A stretch of DNA of 62,347 bases, from contig JASLZZ010000041.1 of assembly GCA_030754595.1 (NCBI GenBank), forward strand, positions 1-62,347, in the 5' to 3' direction. Positions 45,426 through 55,195 of the stretch are shown piece after piece. The notes beneath the pieces were generated by a model. The model made no database searches and was not told where the DNA came from. It saw only the letters and a program-made list of their open reading frames with translations. Positions within the stretch are counted from its first letter, which is position 1; every line of letters begins with the position of its first letter. The translations under genes and the position numbers were made by a program. This DNA comes from Nitrospinota bacterium. GTDB taxonomy: Bacteria > UBA8248.

Positions 45426-45687
45426 AGGGAGGCGGCTGTCCTGGATGCCGGGTTGGCTCCAGATAGCGCTTTTCGCCCGCCTTGGAGGGATTTTCGATCT
45501 TTAGGCTCGTGTTGACGAAATCCACCCCGGCTCATATGTTTGGTGTATCGGCCAATTTTAAAATAGATTCGGCGCCTTCAAGCCGGCCCAGCCATTAACG
45601 GCTTGAGGCAGTTTTGTTTTCCTATTGAGTGCAATAGTCGCCATCGGGGCGGAGGGTCTTTCGCCCCCCCCTCATAGTGGAGGAAAT

Positions 45688-46674
45688 ATGATGAAAACCA
45701 GATTGATTTCGATCTTGTCGGCCTTGGCCCTTTTCGCGGGCCTGTTCGCGGCGCCCGCAGCGCGGGCGGCCGATCCGGGCGATCTGCCCTGCCGGGCGGT
45801 GAAGCTCATCGTCCCCTGGAACGCGGGCGGCGGCACCGACGTCATCTTTCGTATCGTCGCCCGCTCGGCGCAAAAGGCGCTGGGCAAGGATATCATCGTG
45901 CAGAACATCGGCGGCCAGGGCGGCAACAAGGGCGCCAAGGTGGCCAAGGGCTCAAAGCCCAACGGGTGCACCCTGTTCGCGGGCCACGACTCGATGCAGA
46001 CCTCCTATGTGCAGGGCCGGGTGAATTTCTCGTTCTTCGCGTTCGAGCCTCTCGTCCTCGTCACCCACACGCCGTCCATCATCGGCGCGCATCCGGGGGT
46101 GCCCTGGAAAAGCGCGAAGGCGCTCATCAACGACCTCAAGAAGAACAAGGGCAAAAAAGTGCTCTTCGGCGCGACGCTGGGCTCGACGAGCCACTTCTTC
46201 CCGGTGCTCGTCGAGGCCGACACCGGCATCAAGTTCAAGTACGTGGGCTACGACGGCACCCGCCAGCGGATGACGGCTCTCCTCGGCAAGCACATACAGC
46301 TCGGCGAGCTCAACATCTCCTCGGCCAAGAAATACCTCGGCAGCGGCAAGCTCATCGGCCTCGGCATAGCACTCGAGAAGCGCGACTCGCGGCTGCCGAA
46401 CCTGCCCACTCTCAAGGAGCAGGGCATCAACGTCGTCACCGGCGTGAACCGCGGTGTATTCGCCCCGAAGGGAACGCCCGCCGGCATCCAGGCGATGTTT
46501 GAGAAAGCCTTCGGCAATGCGATGAAGGACCCCGAGGTTGTGAAGAACCTCACCGCAAAGGGCGTAATCGTTCAGTTCAAGGGGCGTGCGGGCTACCGAG
46601 CGTTCCTGAAGGATTCCGCGGCCAAGATTACGGATGCCGCCAAGCGTGTCGGGCTGTATAAGCGTAAGAACTAA
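45688..46674 (+). CDS. tctC: TTT substrate-binding protein (second system)
   Basis: Signal peptide; VKLIVPWNAGGGTD, NIGGQGG, LPTLKEQG, FAPKGTP. Confidence 0.92.
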   Translation: MMKTRLISILSALALFAGLFAAPAARAADPGDLPCRAVKLIVPWNAGGGTDVIFRIVARSAQKALGKDIIVQNIGGQGGNKGAKVAKGSKPNGCTLFAGHDSMQTSYVQGRVNFSFFAFEPLVLVTHTPSIIGAHPGVPWKSAKALINDLKKNKGKKVLFGATLGSTSHFFPVLVEADTGIKFKYVGYDGTRQRMTALLGKHIQLGELNISSAKKYLGSGKLIGLGIALEKRDSRLPNLPTLKEQGINVVTGVNRGVFAPKGTPAGIQAMFEKAFGNAMKDPEVVKNLTAKGVIVQFKGRAGYRAFLKDSAAKITDAAKRVGLYKRKN

Positions 46675-46770
46675 ATCGAAAACACGGGCATAGGGGCGGC
46701 GGTCTGGGAGGGCCGCCGCTCCCGCGCCGGGTGAAGCTTTTTCCTTTTTTTCAACCTGGCAGGGGCTTTT

Positions 46771-47259
46771 ATGCATGTTCGCGCGGATACTGTCATCGGC
46801 GCTTTGCTGGTGGTCTTCATCGCCACTTTGTTTGCGATGACGTTCGACCTGCCGCCGGCCCCCTACGAGACGATGGGCCCCGCCCTGTTCCCACGCATTC
46901 TCCTTGTCGCACTCTTCCCGATGTGTCTCGCGCTTTTTGTGAAGAGCGCGGTTCGCGACTTCCGCGAGGGACAAGCGAAACGGGAAATTGCCTCCTTCGC
47001 CGAGTGGTTCGATAATTACCGAAACGTCCTGGCAATTTACCTCCTCTTTTTCATGTTCGCATGGGCACTGCCCTGGGCGGGGTACCTGGCCTCGGGGTTC
47101 TTTTTTCTCATGCTGGCGCAGCTGGCGCTGGGGCCCAAGGGCTGGGTGAAGGTGCCCCAGTTTCTGGCCGTGACGATTGGCATTTTGGCCTTGCTCTATT
47201 TTATTTTTCGCGTGGTGCTTCTCGTGCTTTTGCCAGAGGGTGAAATCGGTCTGATGTAG
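46771..47259 (+). CDS. tctB: TTT small membrane subunit
   Basis: MGPALFPR, 4 TM, VLLPEG. Confidence 0.87.
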   Translation: MHVRADTVIGALLVVFIATLFAMTFDLPPAPYETMGPALFPRILLVALFPMCLALFVKSAVRDFREGQAKREIASFAEWFDNYRNVLAIYLLFFMFAWALPWAGYLASGFFFLMLAQLALGPKGWVKVPQFLAVTIGILALLYFIFRVVLLVLLPEGEIGLM

Positions 47260-47295
47260 GGCGGCGTAAAACCGCACCGCCGTGAAGGAATAAGG

Positions 47296-48942
47296 ATGGT
47301 TCTCGAAAATCTGGGTCTCGCCTTCGCCGCCGTCTTTGAGATCAAGACGGTGCTTCTCATATTCGCGGGCACCTTCGCGGGCATCGTTGCGGGCGCCATC
47401 CCCGGTTTCACCATCGCTATGGCCGTCATCCTGACGCTGCCCTTCACCTTCGGCATGACTCCGCTTCAGGGTTCGGCGACGATGATGGGCGTTTTCGTCG
47501 GGGGCTACTCGGGCGGCCTCATCTCGGGAACGCTGCTGGGCATCCCCGGAACGCCCTCCTCGGTGGCGACCACTTTCGACGGATTCCCGATGGCGCGGCA
47601 GGGAAAGCCCGGCCTCGCCCTCGGCGTGGGGATCTGGTCTTCGTTTTTCGGCGGTCTCATCGGCGCGGTGCTCCTCGTCCTGTTCGCTCCGCCCATCGCC
47701 CTTTTCGGCCTCAAGTTCGGGCCCTGGGAGTTTTTCGCTCTCATCGCTTTCGCGCTGACCATTATCGCCAGCCTCGCGAGCGAGTCCATGCTCAAGGGCG
47801 GGATAGCGGGGCTGATGGGCCTGCTCATCGCCACCATCGGCGATGACGACATAACGGCGATTTCACGTTTTGATTTCGGGATCGATGCGATCAAGCAGGG
47901 CTTCGGTTTCCTGCCCGTGCTGATCGGGCTCTTCGCCTTCGCCCAACTCATGAGCGATATCGAGGGCGGCGAGAAGGCCCAGGCATCCCTCATGGACGTG
48001 GACGCCGAGAGCGTTTCGGTCGAGCACGGAAGGGCCGTGCGGATCATCCTGAGCCAGCTCATCAATCTCATCCGCTCGGCCTGCATCGGCGTCTTCGTCG
48101 GGGCGCTGCCCGCGGCGGGCGGGAGCGTCTCGAACATCCTGAGCTACGATCAGGCCAAGAAGGCCTCTCGGCACCCCGAGAAATTCGGGACCGGCATACC
48201 GGACGGTATTATTGCCTCGGAGGCAGCCAACAACGGCACCGCCGGAGGCGCCCTGATCACCATGATCGCCCTCGGCATTCCGGGAGACATTTCGGTGGCC
48301 GTCATGCTGGGCGCGCTGCTGATTCACAACGTCATCCCGAGCCCGACGTTTATCAACGATGAGCCCGTCCTTGTTTACGGCATTTTCGTCGCCTTTTTCC
48401 TGGCGCACTTCGTCATGATCGGTCTTCAGGCGGTGGGGATGCGCGTGTTCCTCAAGGTGGCCCACCTGCCCAAGTACATCCTGGCCTCGTCGGTGCTGTT
48501 TTTCTGCGCCACAGGCGTTTTTGCCCTGCATAACATCACCTTCGATATCTGGACGCTGTTTTGGTTCGGGGCGCTGGGATACCTGATGAAGAAATTCGGC
48601 TTCCCGCTCGCCCCGATGATTTTAGGGGTCATCCTGGGCGACCTCGCCGAAGTGAACCTGAACCGCGCCTACATGTCCGACCCCGATCCGCTCCTCTTCT
48701 TCACGCGGCCGATCTCGCTGTTCTTTGTCATTCTCGCCTTGATGTCGCTGGTCTTCCCCTTTTGGCAGCGGGCCCGTCATCAGCCCTGGACGGCCCTCTT
48801 CCTGCCGGTGAGCGCCATTGTCGTTTCGATTCCCTTCTGGATTTCGCCCGGAGTCCTTAAACTTGTCGGTCTCGCCTTCGCGGTTGTGGGTGCATTCCTG
48901 ATCTTTAAGCAGCTTCGAAACGGAGCGCCCGCGCGCGAATAG
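47296..48942 (+). CDS. tctA: TTT large membrane subunit
   Basis: GAIPG, LLGIPGTPSSVATTFDG, ASEAANNG, LGIPGD. Confidence 0.93.
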   Translation: MVLENLGLAFAAVFEIKTVLLIFAGTFAGIVAGAIPGFTIAMAVILTLPFTFGMTPLQGSATMMGVFVGGYSGGLISGTLLGIPGTPSSVATTFDGFPMARQGKPGLALGVGIWSSFFGGLIGAVLLVLFAPPIALFGLKFGPWEFFALIAFALTIIASLASESMLKGGIAGLMGLLIATIGDDDITAISRFDFGIDAIKQGFGFLPVLIGLFAFAQLMSDIEGGEKAQASLMDVDAESVSVEHGRAVRIILSQLINLIRSACIGVFVGALPAAGGSVSNILSYDQAKKASRHPEKFGTGIPDGIIASEAANNGTAGGALITMIALGIPGDISVAVMLGALLIHNVIPSPTFINDEPVLVYGIFVAFFLAHFVMIGLQAVGMRVFLKVAHLPKYILASSVLFFCATGVFALHNITFDIWTLFWFGALGYLMKKFGFPLAPMILGVILGDLAEVNLNRAYMSDPDPLLFFTRPISLFFVILALMSLVFPFWQRARHQPWTALFLPVSAIVVSIPFWISPGVLKLVGLAFAVVGAFLIFKQLRNGAPARE

Positions 48943-49021
48943 CGTTTTTTGGTTCCGGGCGGTTTCATGCCGAAACACCGGGCGCCCGAGGAGCGTATTC
49001 CGCCAACCGGTGGTGAATGGA

Positions 49022-50281
49022 TTAAATCACCCGGGCCTTGACGACGCGCTTGATGGTGAGTCCCTGGACGATGATGGAGAAGATCACGACGCCGTAGGTG
49101 ACGGCGAGAATTGGGCTTTTCTCCGGGCCTTCGGGCAGGGAGAGCGCCAACGCGACCGAGATTCCTCCGCGAAGTCCGCCCCAGGTGAGGACGGGTATAG
49201 CCCCCCTGGCGTAGTTTCGTTTCAGGCCCAGCAGCGAGATGGGCGCGGCTACGCTGATGAACCGCGAGGCCAGGACGATGGGCACGGTGGCGGCCATCAG
49301 CCAGAGAGTCCCTCCGGTGAAAGTCAGGGCGATGACCTCGAAGCCGATGATGAGAAAAAGGGCCGCGTTCAGCACTTCGTCTAGAAGCGACCAGAATTTC
49401 TGGACATGATCGCGGGTGTTCTCGCTCATGGCGAACCGGGTGCCGTGGTTTCCGATAAGGAGGCCGGCGACGACGACCGCGATGAGGCCCGATACGTGGA
49501 TCGCGAAGGCGACGGTGTAGGTCATCATGACGAGCGCGAGGGTGATCATGACCTCCAGGTTGTGCTCGTCGATTGTTTTTATCGCCCGGTAGGCAATCCA
49601 GCCCGAGGCCAGCCCGAGCGCCGCGCCCCCGGCAGCCTCCGATAGAAAAAGCCCCAACACGCCGGAGACGGTGAGGGCTTCTCCGCCGCCGCCCGCGCCC
49701 GCCGCCAAGGCGGCCAGGATCGTGAAAACGACCACGCCGACACCATCGTTGAAAAGGCTCTCGCCCGCGATCATCGCTTCGAGCTCCTTGGGTACATAAA
49801 TCGTCTTGAGGATCCCGAGCACCGCCACCGGGTCGGTGGGGGAGATCAGCGCGCCGAACACGAGGCAATAGGCGAGCGGGATGCCGACGCCGAGAGCGTC
49901 CGCAGTAAAATAGATCGATAAACCGACTAGAAATGTGGAGATCAGGACGCCGGCCGTTGCCATCGAGGCGATTGCCCATTTTCGTAGGAGGAGGTCGCCG
50001 AGATCGATGTGCAGTGCACCGGCGAAAAGCAGAAAGCTCAGCATTCCCTTCATCAACGCTTCTTGAAAGTCGATTTTCGAGAGAAGCAAGCGCATGGCGG
50101 ACTGGAATTGCGCTTGGGGCAAGAAGGCGTCGAGAACGATGACGCCGAGAGAGGCCAGCAGGGCGATAATGACCAGGCCGATCGACTGTGGAAGCCGGAG
50201 CCAGCGATGGTTGAGATAGCCGAACACCGCCGCTAGCGTGAGGACGACGGCGGCAATGGTGAAAACGGAGCTGTCTATCAT
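49022..50281 (-). CDS. CPA1 Na+/H+ antiporter (NhaP-like)
   Basis: FLLFAGA, ISPTDPVAV, GESLFNDG, GGLRGGIS. Confidence 0.93.
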   Translation of the reverse strand: MIDSSVFTIAAVVLTLAAVFGYLNHRWLRLPQSIGLVIIALLASLGVIVLDAFLPQAQFQSAMRLLLSKIDFQEALMKGMLSFLLFAGALHIDLGDLLLRKWAIASMATAGVLISTFLVGLSIYFTADALGVGIPLAYCLVFGALISPTDPVAVLGILKTIYVPKELEAMIAGESLFNDGVGVVVFTILAALAAGAGGGGEALTVSGVLGLFLSEAAGGAALGLASGWIAYRAIKTIDEHNLEVMITLALVMMTYTVAFAIHVSGLIAVVVAGLLIGNHGTRFAMSENTRDHVQKFWSLLDEVLNAALFLIIGFEVIALTFTGGTLWLMAATVPIVLASRFISVAAPISLLGLKRNYARGAIPVLTWGGLRGGISVALALSLPEGPEKSPILAVTYGVVIFSIIVQGLTIKRVVKARVI

Positions 50282-50313
50282 GCGGCCCCTCCCGGCCGAG
50301 ACCCGGCAATTCG

Positions 50314-50706
50314 CTAGAGCAGGTTCGCCGCCTTTAGGATTTTTTCCATCCTCAGGATCAGGTCCGGAATGATGAAGGGTTTAACGACGAAATCGCGCGC
50401 TCTTGAGGAGATGCACTCCTTCACCGTATCGGGTGAAATATCGGACGAAAGAATCATGGCCAGCGGGACGTTTCCGTAGGAATTTTTCAGCGTCTTGAGA
50501 ATTTCAACCGCGGTCATGTCCGGCATCTCGTAGTCGAACAACGCCAGGTAGAAAAAATCGTCCCGAATCATTTTGAGCGATTGGTCGCCGCTTTCCGAGA
50601 GCCGGACAAAGTGCTCTAATCTTTGGAGGGAGAGTTCCAGAAGATCGCGCAGGATTTCGTCCTGGGAAGCCACCAATATATTCGCCAACGGTAGTTCACC
50701 TATCAT
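50314..50706 (-). CDS. Single-domain response regulator (CheY-like receiver)
   Basis: LFDYEMPDM phospho-Asp, DFVVKPF; atypical N-terminal acidic pocket (VASQD). Confidence 0.8.
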   Translation of the reverse strand: MIGELPLANILVASQDEILRDLLELSLQRLEHFVRLSESGDQSLKMIRDDFFYLALFDYEMPDMTAVEILKTLKNSYGNVPLAMILSSDISPDTVKECISSRARDFVVKPFIIPDLILRMEKILKAANLL

Positions 50707-50784
50707 AAAGTAAGACAGCCTAAGCTGTTACCTTGCCGATCCCTTCGGCGCCGGATTAGCCGGTCTGAAAAAGTATCTCTATGA

Positions 50785-51249
50785 TTAGCCTGAGAACCTG
50801 GCCTCCACCCAAAAATTTCCTTGTTCGGTCGAGAACGGAATGCAGACGGTGGGGCCGCCGGTAGCGATGTGTTTTACGGTGTGGTTTTTCCCGCGGACAA
50901 TTGTAGGGATAGCAGCCGTGAAGCTGAAGCCTATTTTTTGGAACTGGGCTCTGGCGTCGCCCGAGATCATGTTGGTCAATTCACCGACGGCGTCGGCTAC
51001 ATCATCGTTCATCTCGGCGAGGTCTTCTCCGGTCATGTTTCTCACAACGGCGAGGGCGCACCTCTCGGAAAATGTGACCGACATGGAGCCCTCCGCATGA
51101 CTGGTAATTCCGATAATTCCGGTAATATCGCCTTTAGCGGCCTCGTCCTGTTTAATTCCGGGTTTACCCGGCTTGGGATTCATGCTGGCCATTGTGGCGA
51201 GCACCTTGACCGTAGCCTGGAGAAAAGGATTGATGAATTCCGCTTCCAT
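50785..51249 (-). CDS. cheX: Chemotaxis phosphatase CheX
   Basis: EFINPF, DITGIIG, DAVGELTNMISG (ExxN), PTIVRG. Confidence 0.92.
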   Translation of the reverse strand: MEAEFINPFLQATVKVLATMASMNPKPGKPGIKQDEAAKGDITGIIGITSHAEGSMSVTFSERCALAVVRNMTGEDLAEMNDDVADAVGELTNMISGDARAQFQKIGFSFTAAIPTIVRGKNHTVKHIATGGPTVCIPFSTEQGNFWVEARFSG

Positions 51250-51491
51250 GGATTAATGCCTTCTCGGAGGTCGAATTGCTGCATTTTGATGATCGGGAAT
51301 ATACCCGGAGAGCACCCGCGAGGCCAAGCCCCACAGTAATAGTATCGCGGCTCAAACGAACCATTCAATCTTTTTTTGAAGTGTTTGGGCGATATTGCGG
51401 TGTTAAATCCGCAGCCGTCGAGGGAGACATGGAAATTTTTTCCGGTTTCCGATCCGGCATGTGCGGAGAGTGGTTGCTCTGACCGCGCCGG

Positions 51492-52502
51492 TTAGGCCAG
51501 CGAACCGCCGCACGAAGAGCCCGCGCCCGCGGTGCAGCCGTAGCAGTGCTCTCCGGTGAGGATTCCCCGGCCTATGAGTTTCTCCGGGGCGGTGTCCCAG
51601 AGTTTAAGCGGTTTGCCGTTTCCGAGGGCCATGTCGAGCATCTGGTTGAAGTCGCAGTCGTATATCGTGCCGTCCCAACCGACGCTGATGAGATCCCGGC
51701 ACATCAGGCTGGGGAGGGTTTTGGGGTTGTAGAACGTGCGAAGGAGACCCATGTAGCTTTCCTTCTGGCCGTTGGCCTTGAGATAGCTGACGAATCGGGA
51801 GATGGGCATGTTGGCGATGGTAAAAAGTTCGTTAAAGCGGATGCCGTGGCGCCGCCCGAGCTCGCGCCGGTAGTCTTCCTCAAGGGCTTTTTGAGGAGGG
51901 GGCAGGACGGTCCCCACCGGGTTGTAAACCAGGTTGAGAGTCATATTCCCGGGCGGCCCGAACCCCGTTTCGTTCAGCGTCTTCAGCGCGGAAATGCTCT
52001 TCTCGTAAACGCCCTCTCCGCGCTGGGCGTTCACATTATCCTCGAGGTAGCAAGGAAGAGAGCAAATCAGATCGACCCCCTGGTCCCGATAAAATTCGGG
52101 GAGCCAATCCATGCCGGGCTCATGGAGTACGGTGAGGTTGCAGCGGATCACGACATGCCTCCCGAGGGCGCGGGAGGCCTCGACAAGGCGCCTGAATTCG
52201 GGGTTGAGCTCGGGCGCCCCCCCGGTAATGTCCACGGATTCGACTTCCGATGCCGCAAGCCAATCGAGAATCCGGCCGGCGGTTTTGGCAGCCATGATCT
52301 CCGTGCGGTGCGGCCCTGCGCCAACGTGGCAATGCTCGCAGGTTTGGTTGCAGTATTTCCCGACGTTGATTTGAAGGGTGGACAGCGCCGTGCGGTCGAG
52401 GAGGGGGATATCCTCGCTTATGCGCAAACTGAACGTTGCCGGACTGGCCATTGAAGATGCTGGCGCATTACGGGGGTGGGGGAGGGCTGTTGACTGTGCC
52501 AT
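51492..52502 (-). CDS. Radical SAM protein, ArsS-like (Cys-rich C-terminal domain)
   Basis: QINVGKYCNQTCEHCHV, DITGGAPE, SLPCY, YDCDFN, HCYGCTAGAGSSCGG. Confidence 0.9.
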   Translation of the reverse strand: MAQSTALPHPRNAPASSMASPATFSLRISEDIPLLDRTALSTLQINVGKYCNQTCEHCHVGAGPHRTEIMAAKTAGRILDWLAASEVESVDITGGAPELNPEFRRLVEASRALGRHVVIRCNLTVLHEPGMDWLPEFYRDQGVDLICSLPCYLEDNVNAQRGEGVYEKSISALKTLNETGFGPPGNMTLNLVYNPVGTVLPPPQKALEEDYRRELGRRHGIRFNELFTIANMPISRFVSYLKANGQKESYMGLLRTFYNPKTLPSLMCRDLISVGWDGTIYDCDFNQMLDMALGNGKPLKLWDTAPEKLIGRGILTGEHCYGCTAGAGSSCGGSLA

Positions 52503-52580
52503 ATAAGGATAATCCCGCGCCGCCTGGATTTATTCCAGGCGGCTTTTATTTTTCGGGTGATTTTTACCTTTTTGGCGGAA

Positions 52581-53018
52581 TCAGGCGTTGCGAACCAGTT
52601 TCCTGCGCAGGGCCTTGGTCCGATTGCGGACGCGCTTGAGCTTGACCCGGTCCTTCTCGTCAATCGCCAAGTCGCGTTCCTTGTGAAGAGACTTGATCTT
52701 ATCCTTGATCGCCTTGCGGTCGATCTTGGAGGCTCTCCTCGCCTCAATCAGCGGAATACCGTTGATCTCCTTGAGAGAGCGGATTAACTCGGCCTTGTCC
52801 ATCCCGTGCACGCTCGTGATTTTTCCCATGTATTGAAGCGCGGCTTCCTTGAGCTTGGGGACGTTCATTTTTTCAATTTCGTTGACTGTGAACTTCGGCA
52901 ATTCCTCATCCACAGGGGCCGCCTGCTCCTTGGCCAAATCGCCAGAGGCCTCCGCGGTCCCGGCAGCCTCTTCTTTTGGAGCTTCCTCGTTATCTTCGGT
53001 TTTTTCTTCCTCTGCCAT
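52581..53018 (-). CDS. Small protein with Rho N-terminal-like domain and basic helical C-terminus
   Basis: EIEKMNVPKLKEAA..ITSVHGMDKAELI. Confidence 0.75.
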   Translation of the reverse strand: MAEEEKTEDNEEAPKEEAAGTAEASGDLAKEQAAPVDEELPKFTVNEIEKMNVPKLKEAALQYMGKITSVHGMDKAELIRSLKEINGIPLIEARRASKIDRKAIKDKIKSLHKERDLAIDEKDRVKLKRVRNRTKALRRKLVRNA

Positions 53019-53152
53019 CTTTGCCTCCCAACGCAGAAATCAATTGTAAATGCGGGTTTTAAGCCGCCGCGCGGCGGCGAAAAAATACTGTCCGAGGGGG
53101 AAACCTAACAAAAAGCGGGAATTTTGATCAAATGGCCGTCGCCAGTTTCCGG

Positions 53153-53184
53153 AAAAAAAAGAGCCTCCCTGTACGGGAGGCTCT
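53153..53184 (-). terminator. Rho-independent terminator
   Basis: Minus strand GAGCCTCCC-GTACA-GGGAGGCTC-T8. Confidence 0.8.
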
Positions 53185-53203
53185 CGAAAACACGATGTTT
53201 CGG

Positions 53204-53673
53204 CTAGATGTACTCGCCCCGATAGAATTTCGCGGTCTCGCTGGTGACCATGCCGGCCATCTCTTCGGGGATGCCCCTTCCGGGGTCGCCCTCGGGCAGC
53301 GATTTGATATCGTCCATGAGCCGGCCCTGGTATAGCGCCATGTCCTGTACCAGCGGCTCGATATCCTTGAGGGAGGCATCCGGGTTGCCCAACTGCCTCT
53401 GATATGACTCGAGGAGCCGAAAGACTCATCGCTCGCCCGACTGACGGTATCCTGCACCGCCGGAGCGCTTTCGACCCGGCCGATATACGCCGGAGGGTGG
53501 GGAGAGGCCGGGCCCTGGCTTGGAGTAGCCTGGCCGGCGCCGCCCACTTTGCTGGTCCGGTCGAGGACATCTGAGAACGATGGCCCGCCGGTGGATTTAT
53601 CGCTTTTGCCCGGGCGGCTGGGATCGAGTGAGCCGGGTCCGCCAGCCGGTTGAATCGAAGGAATGTCAGCCAT
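53204..53673 (-). pseudogene. Hypothetical protein with a single frameshift near 53417
   Basis: N-part MADIPSIQP..FSDVL..SDESF joins another frame LLESYQRQLGNPDASLKDIEPLV..ETAKFYRGEYI*; GGAGG RBS, terminator follows. Confidence 0.7.
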
Positions 53674-53797
53674 GGTCAGGCCTCCCGCCCATCAAGTTTA
53701 GTGTTTCAAAAAACTCCACGAATATTAACTGCGGCCCACCCAGTCCATAAAGAATGATTTTTGGGCCGGCGGTTCTCTTCCCGCGCTTTAGGTATGG

Positions 53798-53813
53798 GCA
53801 AGGAGTGTGCCTA
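53798..53813 (-). promoter_or_regulatory. Sigma-54 promoter
   Basis: Minus strand TAGGCAC-ACTCC-TTGC versus consensus TGGCAC-N5-TTGC; IHF-like TATCAA element near 53842. Confidence 0.65.
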
Positions 53814-54038
53814 AAAGCGCTTGGCGGATTAATATCATTTATATCAAATAGATACACAAATTTAGCGTTTTCCCGCTTTCTCATCCGCTCGCGGAAACAG
53901 GGCGATCTCGTGATTTTTTTTCCTGCCCGGGGGCAGTTTTTTCAGTTGCGGAGTAGAAGACCATTGGCATTCTCGCCGGTGATTTGGTAGATATCAGAAG
54001 CACATTCTCTTACATACCATCTTTTGGGATTTGTCCAA

Positions 54039-55055
54039 ATGGCCGAAAAGCTACTGGAAGTGAAAAATCTGGTGAAACATTTCCCTGTCCGGGGGGGGGT
54101 ATTCTCCCGGGTTCGTGCCCATGTCCGGGCGGTGGACGGAATCAGCTTCGATATCGAAGAGGGCGAGACCTTGGGTCTTGTCGGCGAGAGCGGCTGCGGA
54201 AAATCCACAGCGGGCAGGGCCATTCTGCGTCTGATCGAGCCCACCGCGGGCGAGGTGATTTTCAAGGGGATAAATATCCTGGATCTTGAGCGTGAGAAAA
54301 TGCGTCAGCTCCGCCGTGAGATGCAAATCATATTCCAGGATCCGTATGCCTCTCTTAACCCCCGGATGACGATCGGGAGCATCGTGGGAGAGCCTCTCAC
54401 GATTCACAAAATCGCGAAGGGTAAGAAGCGCGATGAAGAGGTGGCTTCGATTCTCCAGCGGGTGGGTCTCAGGCCGGAGCATATGCGCCGCTACCCTCAC
54501 GAGTTCTCCGGGGGCCAGCGCCAGCGAATCGGCATCGCCCGCGCCCTTGCCCTGAATCCCAAGGTCATTATCGCGGACGAGCCGGTCAGCGCTCTCGATG
54601 TCTCCATCCAGGCCCAGGTAATCAATCTTCTTCAGGACCTCCAAAAGGATTTCGGCATCGCCTACCTGGTCATTTCACACGACCTCTCGGTCGTCCAGCA
54701 CATCTGCGACAGGATCGCCGTGATGTATTTGGGGGAAATCGTCGAAATCGCCGAGGCCGACGAGCTCATCATGTCTCCGCGCCACCCCTATACGGAGGCT
54801 TTGCTCTCTGCGGTTCCTGTCCCCGACCCGGCCGCCGGCGGGCAAAAAGAGCGGATCATCCTCCGGGGGGATGTTCCCAGCCCTGTGAATCCGCCATCTG
54901 GATGCCGGTTCCATACCCGGTGTCCCTACAAGGAGGATATTTGCGCCGCCGAGGTGCCGCCTCTTCAGGTCATCTCGGACGGGCACATGACCGCCTGCCA
55001 CTTTGCCGGCAAGATATTCGGTTCTTCGCAATCCAGCGGCGCCGTCTCCGCTTGA
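54039..55055 (+). CDS. oppF: Oligopeptide/dipeptide ABC transporter ATPase (OppF/AppF type)
   Basis: [50 protein letters not shown]. Confidence 0.92.
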   Translation: MAEKLLEVKNLVKHFPVRGGVFSRVRAHVRAVDGISFDIEEGETLGLVGESGCGKSTAGRAILRLIEPTAGEVIFKGINILDLEREKMRQLRREMQIIFQDPYASLNPRMTIGSIVGEPLTIHKIAKGKKRDEEVASILQRVGLRPEHMRRYPHEFSGGQRQRIGIARALALNPKVIIADEPVSALDVSIQAQVINLLQDLQKDFGIAYLVISHDLSVVQHICDRIAVMYLGEIVEIAEADELIMSPRHPYTEALLSAVPVPDPAAGGQKERIILRGDVPSPVNPPSGCRFHTRCPYKEDICAAEVPPLQVISDGHMTACHFAGKIFGSSQSSGAVSA

Positions 55056-55195
55056 TCAGGTCTCCGGGGCGGCTTCTTTATATTCGCACCTTTCAATCAA
55101 TAAATACTGTTGCCGCTATCCGCTCTAGCAGGTAAGGTGTTCTTGTCCCTTCGCCCTGGTGGTTCTGCGTTCTCGCGGGGGCTCCGGCCGCAGGT

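Noticed and set aside
6895..52502. Selenocysteine recoding suggested by yqeC and the ArsS-like gene
   Set aside because: Grx, TlpA and ArsS-like Cys positions use Cys codons; no in-frame TGA with continuing homology was noticed
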